IMG/VR virus record: IMGVR_UViG_2778261153_000008
Length of the DNA stretch: 25,598 nt
Direction: 5' to 3' (one strand)
From: a virus
Lineage: Duplodnaviria; Heunggongvirae; Uroviricota; Caudoviricetes
A program made the position numbers and the translations under genes. The notes under the pieces are model-generated. The model saw nothing but the letters and a program-made list of their open reading frames with translations. It had not been told where the DNA came from and searched no databases. Positions 1 to 9,620 of the stretch are shown in pieces. Positions within the stretch are counted from its first letter, which is position 1. Every line of letters begins with the position of its first letter.

Positions 1-1053
1 TTACGGGGTAATGCCAACCGCTGCCGCCACTTTGTCGCCACTTGGCAGCGTTGCCAGAGGATTGAAACGGAGCGCCGTTTCCAGATGATCCGGTGCCAGA
101 TGTGCGTAACGCATAGTCATTTTTATATCGTGGTGTCCGAGAATTTTTTGTAAGGCCAGAATGTTTCCACCCGACATCATGAAGTGCGCCGCAAACGTAT
201 GGCGCAGAACGTGTGTGAGTTGACCGCGAGGGAGCACGATAGACGTTTTTTCCATCACGGATAAAAATTGAAAATAGCAGTCTGTGAAGAAATTGAACCC
301 ATCAAGCGCCATGATCTCTTCGTAAAGCTCTTTACTGATAGGGATGCTTCTGTTTTTCTTCCCCTTCGTTCTGACAAAGGTAATTCGGTATTTGGTCACC
401 TGTGAGCGAGTAAGATTTACGGCTTCACGCCAGCGTGCGCCTGTGCTTAAGCATATCTTAACTACCAGTGCCAGAATTGGGTCCTGACGTTTGCAATCAG
501 CCAGCAATTCAACAATCTGCTCATGGGTAAGCCATGCCATCTCTTTTTCTGCGATGGTGAATTTTCGCATGTTCTCCAGTGGGTTCGGATACGACCATTC
601 GCCCAGACGGGATAGTTCGCTAAAAACACTACTTAGATAGCTTTGCTCCAGGTTAATGGTGACCGGGCTTGCTCCTTTCTTCCATTTCTCGCTGAAGTAG
701 ATCTCGCCTGTCAGGCGTTTATCTCGATAGTGGGCAAACATTTTAGAGGTGAGATCGGTTGCAAGAGGATTGCCCAGAGCGTCAACCATCAACAGCAATT
801 TGTCATAGACATGCTGCCCAGCTGTCAGAGATTTACCATGTAGTTTGAACCATAGTTCAACCACGTCTTTCAGTGTTCGACGATCCACTGATTCACCCAG
901 CCAGGGCTTTGCTTCGGTTTCTTCCATCGTGTGACGCTCAAAAGCCAGAGCTTCGCCTTTGGTGGCGAATTGTTTACGCACACGACGTCCACTACGTCCG
1001 GCGGGGTAACATTCGCAAAGCCATTTTCCTGTGGTGAGTTTTCGTACTGCCAT
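1..1053 (-). CDS. int: Phage integrase, tyrosine recombinase (P2/186 family)
   Basis: 350-aa ORF; C-terminal tyrosine-recombinase signature (LRHTFAAHF ... GHHDIKMTMRYAHL); sits at prophage end beside the immunity region; stop codon at window positions 1-3 so the gene appears complete. Confidence 0.9.
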   Translation of the reverse strand: MAVRKLTTGKWLCECYPAGRSGRRVRKQFATKGEALAFERHTMEETEAKPWLGESVDRRTLKDVVELWFKLHGKSLTAGQHVYDKLLLMVDALGNPLATDLTSKMFAHYRDKRLTGEIYFSEKWKKGASPVTINLEQSYLSSVFSELSRLGEWSYPNPLENMRKFTIAEKEMAWLTHEQIVELLADCKRQDPILALVVKICLSTGARWREAVNLTRSQVTKYRITFVRTKGKKNRSIPISKELYEEIMALDGFNFFTDCYFQFLSVMEKTSIVLPRGQLTHVLRHTFAAHFMMSGGNILALQKILGHHDIKMTMRYAHLAPDHLETALRFNPLATLPSGDKVAAAVGITP

Positions 1054-1078
1054 AAAAAAGCCCTCATATCAGAGGGCT
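1054..1078 (-). terminator. Rho-independent terminator-like hairpin directly abutting the int start codon
   Basis: On the minus strand: A-GCCCTC-TGATAT-GAGGGC-TTTTTT followed immediately by the int ATG; GC-rich 6-7 bp stem, 6-nt loop, T6 tract. The 3' arm GAGGG doubles as the only plausible Shine-Dalgarno for int. Confidence 0.6.
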
Positions 1079-1136
1079 AAATTTAACTGTATATACAACC
1101 AGTAATCAATGTGTGATTACTATGAAACATACATTG

Positions 1137-2813
1137 CTAAGCAACATGCAGTTCATCGTTGGCGGAAGTTGCTGCTTTGCGCTCTTGCTCAATCGCCAGT
1201 GACTCTCTATATTCTTTCGCTTCCGCAAACATTGTCCATTGTGCGTTGATGTTCATATCTTCAATAACAGACTTAATTTCTTTAATATTTACGTTGAAAA
1301 ACTCTTTTCGTGAGTTAATTTTATTGACCTGTTTTTCGTTGAAGACTTTATGCAGATGATTTTCTAATGATGGTGCATCATCACTATAAATCATCGCATG
1401 AACATCGAACGAAAAAGGAACACTAGCATCACCGAGTTCACGAACACGATCAAGTGGTTCAAGGCGGCGTGTCATTCCAATTTTATATACATCTTCGCCA
1501 AATGAGCCAATATTACTAATTATATAAACGTGGCCTGATCTAGTTTGTTGAGCCATAGAAATAGCTCGTTGGTTTTTAGCTTCAGCTTCTTCATATTTTA
1601 ACTGTAGTTCAGCTATTTTTTGCTCTAAAGCTAAGCGTTGTTCTTCATTTGCAAGCATAAGCTCTTTTGTTGCTTTATTTATAGCTTGCTGAATAGCTTT
1701 CTCTTCTTTTTCAGCTTCTTTTATCGCTTTTTCATACTCCCTACGAGCTCTTTCCTCTTCACGAAGTTGTTCTTTAATCCTTCTTTGCTCTTCTTTTTCT
1801 TCGAGCATAATTTCATTAACTGCAACTCCCCATTTTAGCTCGTTGAGTCGAGCTTGAAGATAGATGTCACTTATTTTTGCGGACCTAAAGGCAGAACCAT
1901 TGTAATTTACAAGTTGAAACGCATCTTTTATCTCTTGGGAAAGTTTTCCAAAATTGTTGTGTTTGACTTTTGATAAAATACTGTCAACTCTTCCATTGAA
2001 GGCATCTAAAACAAAGTTGATAGCAGTATTACGCCTGTTTTGTTCGACATAATCACACGAAGCAGCTTTATTAGTTTTTATTAATGATTTTGTTAACTCC
2101 CTGGCTTTTTGTAATTCCTTACCTGCATCTGTAAACTCATAATTTTCTGCCAATTCATCGAGAACGCTACGGTTAGGGATGATCCATTCATCACCATAAC
2201 CTTCAATTTTATTTTTCATTGATTTGGCAACTGCTTCATATTTTTCTGCAAACTCTTTAGCTTCATATGCTGAACCAGCAATCTCTTTTGCTCTTTCTTC
2301 TGCATCGGAAATAATTTTCACTGCATTGTCATTAGCATTTGAGATCAGCTCATTTGCTTTACTATTGGCATTATCAAGACGTTCTTTAGCTTTCAGGCGT
2401 GCATCGCGAGCGTCTTTAGTAATTGCTATAGCTTCGCTATTAGCGTTGCTTATTTTTATCTGAGCTTGATAATTTGCTTCGTTTACTGTCTTAGCAGCCT
2501 TTATTTGGGCTTCTTCTATTTTTTGCCTGGCTATTGAGTCTGCATTTTTTATCTTATTCTCTGCTTCCATCACTGCGCTGTGCAATTCTACGTATTGCCA
2601 TAATGGCGCAGCTCGTCCTTCAAGCTCTGATAGATCTCGTACAGTCTGTGCTAATTCTTCTTGATTTTCTTTCAGTTGGTTGGAAAGGGCTATGTTGTTA
2701 GCTGTCAAGGTATTTATAGCCGCTTTATGTTTTTTGCTTTGCTTAAATAATATTACAGCTAGAATGGGGGCGAGAAATGCTAATAAGAATATAACGATGG
2801 AAAATGAATTCAT
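1137..2813 (-). CDS. Membrane-anchored coiled-coil protein with C-terminal T5orf172/MUG113 (GIY-YIG-like) nuclease domain; DUF4041-like architecture; cargo gene
   Basis: 558 aa. N-terminal hydrophobic helix (FSIVIFLLAFLAPILAVILF), long K/E/A-rich low-complexity middle region predicted coiled coil, C-terminal block GHVYIISNIGSFGEDVYKIGMTRRLEPLDRVRELGDASVPFSF...EFF matching the recalled T5orf172 consensus. Strongly AT-rich versus phage backbone. Start 20 nt downstream of cI stop, SD AAGGA; co-oriented with cI and int. Confidence 0.75.
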   Translation of the reverse strand: MNSFSIVIFLLAFLAPILAVILFKQSKKHKAAINTLTANNIALSNQLKENQEELAQTVRDLSELEGRAAPLWQYVELHSAVMEAENKIKNADSIARQKIEEAQIKAAKTVNEANYQAQIKISNANSEAIAITKDARDARLKAKERLDNANSKANELISNANDNAVKIISDAEERAKEIAGSAYEAKEFAEKYEAVAKSMKNKIEGYGDEWIIPNRSVLDELAENYEFTDAGKELQKARELTKSLIKTNKAASCDYVEQNRRNTAINFVLDAFNGRVDSILSKVKHNNFGKLSQEIKDAFQLVNYNGSAFRSAKISDIYLQARLNELKWGVAVNEIMLEEKEEQRRIKEQLREEERARREYEKAIKEAEKEEKAIQQAINKATKELMLANEEQRLALEQKIAELQLKYEEAEAKNQRAISMAQQTRSGHVYIISNIGSFGEDVYKIGMTRRLEPLDRVRELGDASVPFSFDVHAMIYSDDAPSLENHLHKVFNEKQVNKINSRKEFFNVNIKEIKSVIEDMNINAQWTMFAEAKEYRESLAIEQERKAATSANDELHVA

Positions 2814-2833
2814 TTTTAAATCCTTTTACTATA

Positions 2834-3430
2834 TTAATTTGAAACTATTGTACTTCTTATACAAGCAACTACTTCAATATCAGAAAATGCACATTCAAAG
2901 CTATTCTCTGTACTTGTAATTTTAATCATACCTTTTGGAAGCTTTGTGATTTTTCGAATGGAATAGGTTCCGTCGATGTTGATTAACCAGTGCCCATCAA
3001 GTACTTCAGAAAATTTTTGATCACAAATGTATGTGACGAGCCCATCCTGAATAACAATTGGTGATGAAAGATTTGCAGGAAGAAATGATGAATCGAAGAC
3101 ATATGAACCATCTTCAATCATTTTGCCTGCGGTAAGGCGAAACTTGGCAAGCTCTTCTGTAGCTGCTGTCAGCGAGCTTTGCTTAAGGCCTTGCCCGGTG
3201 GTTAACCATTTCAGTGAGGTTCCTGTTTCAAGAGCACATTGGATTATCCAGTCTGCAGGAAACGTATCCCGCAAATACCTGTTCGCCAGAGTGCTTTTTG
3301 ATACTTCCAAGTGATCAGCTAAAGCCTGTCGTGTCGTAAAGCCATAAGCTTCGACTAATCGCTCAATCGCAGCCTTACCACCTTTATTGGGATTTATTTT
3401 GATCTCATTTGGGTACTTTGATGTTGACAT
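2834..3430 (-). CDS. cI: Immunity repressor, phage 186 CI-like
   Basis: 198-aa ORF divergent from apl/cII; N-terminal HTH-like region (AYGFTTRQALADHLEVSKSTLANRYLR); size and position match 186 CI (about 190 aa). Start codon overlaps the -35 of the rightward promoter. Confidence 0.8.
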   Translation of the reverse strand: MSTSKYPNEIKINPNKGGKAAIERLVEAYGFTTRQALADHLEVSKSTLANRYLRDTFPADWIIQCALETGTSLKWLTTGQGLKQSSLTAATEELAKFRLTAGKMIEDGSYVFDSSFLPANLSSPIVIQDGLVTYICDQKFSEVLDGHWLINIDGTYSIRKITKLPKGMIKITSTENSFECAFSDIEVVACIRSTIVSN

Positions 3431-3477
3431 ATCTCTTTTGCGATCCTAGTATCAATTTTGTCCCCATTTGGGTACTT
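3406..3477. repeat. Two perfect 13-bp direct repeats CATTTGGGTACTT flanking the early promoter; candidate CI or Apl operator sites
   Basis: Copies at 3406-3418 and 3465-3477, 59 bp apart, bracketing the TTGACA/TAGTAT promoter; a degenerate third copy (TATTGGGAT) lies near 3385-3393. Confidence 0.45.
3424..3452 (+). promoter_or_regulatory. Putative early lytic promoter (pR-like) for apl/cII operon
   Basis: TTGACA (3424-3429), 17-bp spacer, TAGTAT (3447-3452); correctly placed about 70 bp upstream of the apl start codon in the cI-apl divergent region. Confidence 0.55.
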
Positions 3478-3525
3478 GTCACGATTACTACAGGCTCACC
3501 ACAAGCCAATAGGAGATGTTGCATC

Positions 3526-3747
3526 ATGACCCCTAACATTTCAATAACTCTGAATACGCCACATGTCACAATTGAGCGTTATAGCGAACTTACTGGTCTT
3601 TCTATCGACACCATCAACGATATGCTGGCTGATGGTCGCATCCCTCGCCATCGCCTTCGGAAAGACAAGAAAAGAGAAAAGGTAATGATCAACCTTGCTG
3701 CTCTTACCGTTGATGCACTTACTGATTGCAATGTTGTATTCAACTAG
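3526..3747 (+). CDS. apl: Excisionase/transcriptional regulator, Apl/Cox-like
   Basis: 73-aa product from ATG 3526 preceded by SD AGGAG (3511-3515); first rightward gene opposite cI; HTH-like segment [21 protein letters not shown]. The ORF-track start at 3409 is an upstream extension with no SD and overlaps cI. Confidence 0.7.
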   Translation: MTPNISITLNTPHVTIERYSELTGLSIDTINDMLADGRIPRHRLRKDKKREKVMINLAALTVDALTDCNVVFN

Positions 3748-3779
3748 TTCCATTTTGGGATACATCAGGGGTGTCGACT

Positions 3780-4289
3780 ATGTTTGATTACCAAGTTTCC
3801 AAACATCCACATTTTGACGAAGCCTGTCGTGCATTCGCACTGCGCCACAACCTGGTGCAACTGGCAGAACGTGCAGGCATGAATGTACAGATTCTGCGGA
3901 ACAAGCTGAACCCAGCTCAACCTCATTTATTAACCGCACCAGAAATCTGGTTGCTTACCGATCTGACTGAAGATTCAACGCTGGTAGATGGCTTTCTGGC
4001 ACAGATTCACTGCCTGCCATGTGTACCGATTAATGAGGTGGCAAAAGAGAAACTGCCGCATTATGTCATGAGTGCAACTGCAGAGATCGGGCGTGTTGCT
4101 GCAGGTGCGGTATCCGGCGATGTAAAAACCAGTGCAGGTCGTCGTGATGCTATCAGCAGCATTAACTCTGTAACACGGCTGATGGCGCTGGCCGCTGTTT
4201 CATTGCAGGCCCGTTTACAGGCTAATCCTGCGATGGCGAGTGCAGTTGATACCGTTACTGGCCTCGGTGCTTCATTCGGTTTGCTGTGA
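3780..4289 (+). CDS. cII: CII-like transcriptional activator (phage 186 CII family)
   Basis: 169-aa product from ATG 3780 ([19 protein letters not shown]...); size and position after apl match 186 CII; recalled sequence similarity. Confidence 0.7.
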   Translation: MFDYQVSKHPHFDEACRAFALRHNLVQLAERAGMNVQILRNKLNPAQPHLLTAPEIWLLTDLTEDSTLVDGFLAQIHCLPCVPINEVAKEKLPHYVMSATAEIGRVAAGAVSGDVKTSAGRRDAISSINSVTRLMALAAVSLQARLQANPAMASAVDTVTGLGASFGLL

Positions 4290-4296
4290 GGTGCTT

Positions 4297-4497
4297 ATGC
4301 TTACGAAAGAACCATCATTTGCATCGCTGCTGGTTAAACAAAGCCCGGCAATGCACTACGGTCACGGCTGGATCATGGGTGAGGATGGTAAACGCTGGCA
4401 TCCGTGCCGTTCACAAGATGAATTGCTGGCAGAACTATCTACGAAAAAACGGGGGAACAAATGGCTATTGAAGGCGCTGCGGCGACTGTTCCATTAA
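4297..4497 (+). CDS. Small early protein, hypothetical (possibly Fil-like)
   Basis: 66-aa product from ATG 4297 with SD GAGGTG (4288-4293); in 186 the gene after cII is fil, but I cannot verify similarity. Confidence 0.45.
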   Translation: MLTKEPSFASLLVKQSPAMHYGHGWIMGEDGKRWHPCRSQDELLAELSTKKRGNKWLLKALRRLFH

Positions 4498-4802
4498 GCC
4501 CCGGTGAACGCCTGAATGGACTTAATCATATTGCGGAGTTAAGGGCGAAAGTTTTTGGTCTTAATATTGAGTCAGAGCTTGAGCGGTTTATTAAAGATAT
4601 GCGTGATCCACGGGATATTAATAGCGAACAAAATAAACGGGCACTGGCTGCCATATTCTTTATGGCAAAAATTCCAGCTGAACGTCATAGCATCAGCATT
4701 AATGAGCTGACCACTGACGAAAAGCGGGAGTTGATTAAAGCAATGAATCATTTTCGTGCAGTGGTGAGCTTATTTCCCAGACGGTTAACCATGCCGAATT
4801 AA
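4461..4802 (+). CDS. Hypothetical early protein
   Basis: 113-aa ORF, SD GGGGGA 5 nt upstream of ATG 4461; overlaps the preceding ORF by 37 nt; embedded in the early operon. Confidence 0.5.
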   Translation: MAIEGAAATVPLSPGERLNGLNHIAELRAKVFGLNIESELERFIKDMRDPRDINSEQNKRALAAIFFMAKIPAERHSISINELTTDEKRELIKAMNHFRAVVSLFPRRLTMPN

Positions 4803-4869
4803 CCAACTAATGAAATTAATGGCGTAAACCCGCCGGGCATCCCTTTATCTAAATTCAGGAGAATTGATT

Positions 4870-5103
4870 ATGCGTAATATTGAAACCCTCACGACTAAAA
4901 CCGGACCGGATGACGCAGGGCTTAATATTTTACTGACAGAGGCTCGTCTGGAAGAACGCCGGGCAAGGGCTGAAGCAATGGCAGCTCGCCTTGATAGTCT
5001 GGCGTGTCATATTACATCCCGCCAGCTAAACCACGTCGAAGCGGCAGAACTGCTGCGTGTGACTGCTGAAGCAATCCAGAACGAAGCGCAGGAGATCCAC
5101 TAA
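4870..5103 (+). CDS. Hypothetical early protein
   Basis: ATG 4870 with SD AGGAG (4857-4861); 77 aa, charged/helical; stop overlaps the next gene start (TAATG). Confidence 0.5.
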   Translation: MRNIETLTTKTGPDDAGLNILLTEARLEERRARAEAMAARLDSLACHITSRQLNHVEAAELLRVTAEAIQNEAQEIH

Positions 5104-5330
5104 TGGCTGATGCAATGGATCTCGTACAGCAGCGCGTTGAAGAAGAACGCCAGCGCCATATCCGTGCTGCCCGTGCCAAAACACCGGGCGTGTCACGCGT
5201 ACTTTGCATTGAATGTGAAGCGCCAATTCCGCCAGCACGACGCCGCGCCATTCCGGGAGTGCAGCTTTGCATTACCTGTCAGGAAATCGCAGAACTGAAA
5301 GGCAAACATTACAACGGAGGTGCTGTATGA
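5103..5330 (+). CDS. TraR/DksA-family C4 zinc-finger protein
   Basis: 75 aa with CxxC-(17)-CxxC pattern (CIECEAP...CITCQE), typical of small phage TraR/DksA-like zinc fingers; translationally coupled to flanking genes. Confidence 0.7.
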   Translation: MADAMDLVQQRVEEERQRHIRAARAKTPGVSRVLCIECEAPIPPARRRAIPGVQLCITCQEIAELKGKHYNGGAV

Positions 5331-6175
5331 GCACCATCTTGAAATGGGCGGGAAATAAAACGGCCATTATGGCAGAACTGAAAAAATACCTTCCTGCTGG
5401 CCCGCGACTGGTTGAACCTTTCGCGGGTTCCTGTGCAGTGATGATGGAGACGGATTACCCCAGCTATCTTGTTGCGGATATTAATCCTGATTTAATCAAC
5501 CTCTATAAAAAGGTTGCCGCTGATTGTGAATCGTTTATATCTCGCGCCAGAGTTTTATTTGAGAACGCAAACAGGGAGATGGCTTATTACAACATAAGGC
5601 AGGAGTTTAATTACTCAACTGAAATTACTGATTTCATGAAAGCAGTATATTTCCTGTATCTCAATCGTCACGGTTACCGTGGTTTATGTCGCTATAACAA
5701 GAGCGGGCATTTCAACATTCCCTACGGTAATTATAAAAATCCGTATTTCCCTGAAAAAGAAATTCGTGCATTTGCAGAAAAAGCCCAGCGGGCAACATTT
5801 ATCTGCGCCAGCTTCGATGAAACGCTGGCAATGTTGCACGCGGGGGATGTTGTGTATTGCGATCCGCCTTATGACGGTACGTTTTCCGGTTATCACACTG
5901 ACGGCTTCACTGAAGATGACCAGTATCACCTGGCATCCGTTCTTGAACATCGGTCATCAGAAGGACATCCGGTCATTGTTTCTAACAGTGACACATCCCT
6001 GATCCGCTCGCTGTATCGCAATTTCACTCACCACTACATCAAGGCAAAACGCAGCATTGGCGTGTCAGCTGGCGAGAGTAAATCTGCAACAGAAATCATT
6101 GCCACCAAATCAGCTGGGTGGTTTGGTGTCGATTTTGCCAGCGGCTCTGACCGTACCGTTGAGGTACGCGCATGA
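5327..6175 (+). CDS. dam: DNA adenine methyltransferase (Dam-like, N6-adenine MTase)
   Basis: ATG 5327 (overlaps preceding stop as ATGA); N-terminal AdoMet motif (KWAGNK ... EPFAGSCAV) and catalytic DPPY motif ([11 protein letters not shown]). Confidence 0.85.
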   Translation: MSTILKWAGNKTAIMAELKKYLPAGPRLVEPFAGSCAVMMETDYPSYLVADINPDLINLYKKVAADCESFISRARVLFENANREMAYYNIRQEFNYSTEITDFMKAVYFLYLNRHGYRGLCRYNKSGHFNIPYGNYKNPYFPEKEIRAFAEKAQRATFICASFDETLAMLHAGDVVYCDPPYDGTFSGYHTDGFTEDDQYHLASVLEHRSSEGHPVIVSNSDTSLIRSLYRNFTHHYIKAKRSIGVSAGESKSATEIIATKSAGWFGVDFASGSDRTVEVRA

Positions 6176-7182
6176 ATGCTATCGATCCGCGTTGCTTTGC
6201 CTCAGGCACCATTAACGTCATCACTACTTCTGGTGGCAAAGATAGTCTCGCTCAATGGCTAAGAGCCATTGAAAACGATGTTCCGCATATTTCTGTATTT
6301 GCCGATACGGGTCATGAACATCCACAGACAATAGAATATCTGGATTATCTGGAATCAAAGCTGGGCAAGATTATTCGCGTCAAAGCGGATTTCACACGCC
6401 AGATAGAAGGGAAACGTAAATTCATTGCGGAAAAGTGGACCATTTCTCTCGTTGAGGAATGTGGTATGTCGACAGATGAGGCTGAGGAACGTATTTACCG
6501 GGCACTGGAAATCCTTAAACCAACCGGCGTTCCGTTTCTTGATTTGTGCATGTGGAAAGGTCGCTTCCCTTCAACAAAAGCTCGTTTCTGCACTTTTGAA
6601 CTGAAACATGAACCAATACGTACACAGGTAATCGATCCAGCTCTGGATGAATACGATGAGGTAATCAGTTGGCAAGGAGTCCGGGGGCAGGAATCACCGG
6701 AACGTGCATTGTTGCCTGAGTGGGAGGACGATGCAGACAATACTCTGGGGCTGCATGTTTATCGTCCGATCCTTAATTGGCTGCATGAGGATGTGTTTGC
6801 TATTGCCAAACGTCATGGCATTAAGCCTAACCCCCTTTATATGCAGGGATGCAGTCGTGTCGGTTGTATGCCATGCATTCATGCTCGCAAGTCAGAACTT
6901 GGAGAGATTTTCCAACGCTGGCCAGAAGAAATCCGCCGAGTGGCTGAGTGGGAAAGACTGGTTGCGGAATGTTCAAGACGTGGCAATTCAACGTTCTTTC
7001 CATCCACGCATGATCCGCGCCGTGCTGAAAAACGGATCGAAGTCATAACTGTTGATGCTTATGGCATTGAAACTTATCGGGACTGGGCCTTAACGACTCG
7101 GGGCGGTATGCAGTTTGACCTGCTGGCAGGCATGAATGATAAAGCGGTGTGCAGCAGTGTATATGCAGGAGTCTGTGAGTGA
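6172..7182 (+). CDS. PP-loop ATP pyrophosphatase, phosphoadenosine-phosphosulfate (PAPS) reductase-like family protein
   Basis: 336 aa; PP-loop motif SGGKDS near N-terminus; C-terminal cysteine cluster (CSRVGCMPC); start overlaps dam stop (ATGA), stop overlaps gene A start. Confidence 0.65.
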   Translation: MNAIDPRCFASGTINVITTSGGKDSLAQWLRAIENDVPHISVFADTGHEHPQTIEYLDYLESKLGKIIRVKADFTRQIEGKRKFIAEKWTISLVEECGMSTDEAEERIYRALEILKPTGVPFLDLCMWKGRFPSTKARFCTFELKHEPIRTQVIDPALDEYDEVISWQGVRGQESPERALLPEWEDDADNTLGLHVYRPILNWLHEDVFAIAKRHGIKPNPLYMQGCSRVGCMPCIHARKSELGEIFQRWPEEIRRVAEWERLVAECSRRGNSTFFPSTHDPRRAEKRIEVITVDAYGIETYRDWALTTRGGMQFDLLAGMNDKAVCSSVYAGVCE

Positions 7183-9620
7183 CAGAGATCAGCACAGGCC
7201 GTCTTGCCGATCCATTTGTCAGTGTAACTTCCGGTAGCATTGAGAATTCTGCCGGGGGTTATTCGTGGAATTTACCTAAGAAAGCCATTAACCCTTATCT
7301 GGACCCGGCGGAAGTTGCGCCGGTTTCTGCGCTTTCAAACCTGATCACTCTGTACGCTACCGATAACGAGCAGGAACAACTGCGCCGCGAGGCACTGAGT
7401 GATCAGGTCTGGGAGCGTTATTTCTTTAATGAATCCCGTGATCCTGTCCAGCGCGAAATGGAGCAGGATAAGCTCATTAGCCGGGCAAAGTTGGCGCATG
7501 AGCAGCAGCGTTTTAACCCGGACATGGTCATTCTGGCAGACGTCAGCGCCCAGCCCTCCCATATCAGCAAGCCGCTGATGCAACGTATTGAATACTTCAG
7601 CAGCCTGGGCAGGCCAAAGGCTTATTCCCGCTATTTACGTGAGACGATTAAGCCATGTCTGGAACGACTGGAGCATGTACGCGACAGCCAGCTATCTGCA
7701 TCTTTTCGTTTTATGGCAAGCCATGTAGGGCTGGACGACCTGCTGATTCTGCCTGAAATGAGTCAGGATCAGGTGAAACGCCTGTCTACCCTTGTCGCTG
7801 CGCATATGAGCATGTGCCTTGATGCAGCTTGTGGTGATTTGTATGCCACCGATGACGTTAAGCCAGAAGAAATCCGCAAGACATGGGAAAAGGTGGCAGC
7901 GGAAACCCTGCGTCTGGATGTCATCCCGCCTGCGTTTGAGCAACTCCGCCGGAAAAGAAACCGCCGTAAACCCGTGCCCTATGAACTCATTCCGGGTTCG
8001 CTGGCGCGTATGTTGTGCGCCGACTGGTGGTACCGGAAATTATGGAAGATGCGTTGCGAATGGCGGGAAGAGCAGTTGCGTGCTGTCTGCCTGGTCAGCA
8101 AAAAAGCATCTCCCTATGTCAGCTATGAAGCCGTGATGCATAAACGTGAGCAGCGCCGTAAGTCGCTGGAGTTTTTTCGTTCTCATGAACTGGTGAACGA
8201 AGACGGCGACACGCTGGACATGGAGGATGTGGTAAACGCCAGCAGCAGCAACCCTGCGCATCGCCGCAATGAGATGATGGCCTGTGTTAAAGGCCTGGAG
8301 CTTATCGCGGAAATGCGTGGTGACTGCGCCGTTTTCTACACCATTACCTGTCCGTCACGTTTCCATTCCACGCTCAATAACGGCAGACCAAACCCAACCT
8401 GGACAAATGCGACGGTAAGACAAAGCAGCGATTATCTGGTCGGCATGTTTGCTGCATTTCGTAAGGCGATGCACAAAGCCGGGTTGCGCTGGTATGGCGT
8501 GCGGGTGGCTGAGCCGCATCATGACGGTACGGTTCACTGGCACCTGTTGTGTTTCATGCGCAAAAAAGACCGCCGTGCCATTACTGCATTGTTGCGTAAG
8601 TTTGCCATCCGTGAAGACCGCGAGGAACTGGGTAATAACACTGGTCCACGCTTTAAATCTGAGCTGATAAACCCGCGCAAAGGAACACCGACAAGCTACA
8701 TCGCGAAATACATTAGTAAGAACATTGACGGGCGTGGTCTGGCTGGCGAGATCAGCAAGGAAACGGGTAAATCCCTGCGTGATAACGCTGAATACGTTAA
8801 TGCCTGGGCGTCTCTGCATCGTGTTCAGCAATTCCGCTTCTTTGGTATTCCGGGGCGTCAGGCTTACCGTGAACTGCGATTGCTGGCTGGTCAGGCGGCA
8901 AGGCAACAGGGCGACAAAAAAGCAGGTGCGCCGGTACTGGATAACCCGCGCCTTGATGCCATCCTGGCTGCTGCTGATGCTGGTTGTTTTGCCACTTACA
9001 TCATGAAGCAGGGTGGTGTACTGGTTCCCCGCAAATATCACCTCATCAGAACTGCTTATGAAATTAACGAAGAGCCGACCGCCTATGGCGATCACGGCAT
9101 TCGTATTTATGGCATCTGGTCACCCATTGCAGAGGGCAAGATCTGCACTCATGCAGTGAAGTGGAAAATGGTTCGTAAAGCCGTTGACGTTCAGGAGGCG
9201 GTAGCCGACCAGGGCGCTTGCGCCCCTTGGACTCGTGGCAATAACTGTCCCCTTGCTGAAAATTTGAACCAACAGGAGAAAGATAAATCAGCTGATGGGG
9301 ACCCCAGAACGGACATTACCCGCATGGATGACAAGGTGTTGCACGATTACCTGCACAGTATGAACAAAAAGGAGCGCCGGGAACTGGCTGCAAGGTTACG
9401 TCTGGTGAAACCGAAACGGCGTAGAGACTACAAACAGCGAATTACAGACCATCAACGACAGCATCTCGTCTATGAACTGAAATCCAGAGGATTTGATGGC
9501 AGCGAGAAAGAGGTCGATTTACTCCTTCGCGGCGGCAGTATTCCGTCAGGAGCAGGCCTGCGTATCTTCTATCGGAACCAGCGTTTGCAGGAAGATGATA
9601 AGTGGCGGAACCTGTATTAA
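7179..9620 (+). CDS. A: Replication initiation protein (P2 gpA-like rolling-circle endonuclease)
   Basis: 813 aa, GTG start with SD AGGAG (7167-7171); HUH-type motif ([12 protein letters not shown]) and downstream tyrosine motif ([10 protein letters not shown]); large early gene in the position of P2 gene A. Confidence 0.85.
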   Translation: MTEISTGRLADPFVSVTSGSIENSAGGYSWNLPKKAINPYLDPAEVAPVSALSNLITLYATDNEQEQLRREALSDQVWERYFFNESRDPVQREMEQDKLISRAKLAHEQQRFNPDMVILADVSAQPSHISKPLMQRIEYFSSLGRPKAYSRYLRETIKPCLERLEHVRDSQLSASFRFMASHVGLDDLLILPEMSQDQVKRLSTLVAAHMSMCLDAACGDLYATDDVKPEEIRKTWEKVAAETLRLDVIPPAFEQLRRKRNRRKPVPYELIPGSLARMLCADWWYRKLWKMRCEWREEQLRAVCLVSKKASPYVSYEAVMHKREQRRKSLEFFRSHELVNEDGDTLDMEDVVNASSSNPAHRRNEMMACVKGLELIAEMRGDCAVFYTITCPSRFHSTLNNGRPNPTWTNATVRQSSDYLVGMFAAFRKAMHKAGLRWYGVRVAEPHHDGTVHWHLLCFMRKKDRRAITALLRKFAIREDREELGNNTGPRFKSELINPRKGTPTSYIAKYISKNIDGRGLAGEISKETGKSLRDNAEYVNAWASLHRVQQFRFFGIPGRQAYRELRLLAGQAARQQGDKKAGAPVLDNPRLDAILAAADAGCFATYIMKQGGVLVPRKYHLIRTAYEINEEPTAYGDHGIRIYGIWSPIAEGKICTHAVKWKMVRKAVDVQEAVADQGACAPWTRGNNCPLAENLNQQEKDKSADGDPRTDITRMDDKVLHDYLHSMNKKERRELAARLRLVKPKRRRDYKQRITDHQRQHLVYELKSRGFDGSEKEVDLLLRGGSIPSGAGLRIFYRNQRLQEDDKWRNLY

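Noticed and set aside
1087-1102. LexA-like half-consensus CTGT-N8-CCAG between the cargo gene and int
   Set aside because: One mismatch in the critical ACAG half-site and no associated promoter or gene start; probably chance in AT-rich DNA.
3409-3525. Upstream extension of the apl ORF (ORF-track start 3409)
   Set aside because: Overlaps the cI start and promoter region and lacks an SD; ATG 3526 has a clear AGGAG SD and gives an Apl/Cox-sized product.
8355-9095. 246-aa ORF on the minus strand inside replication gene A
   Set aside because: Entirely antisense to a well-supported conserved gene in a GC-balanced region; no SD; typical shadow ORF.
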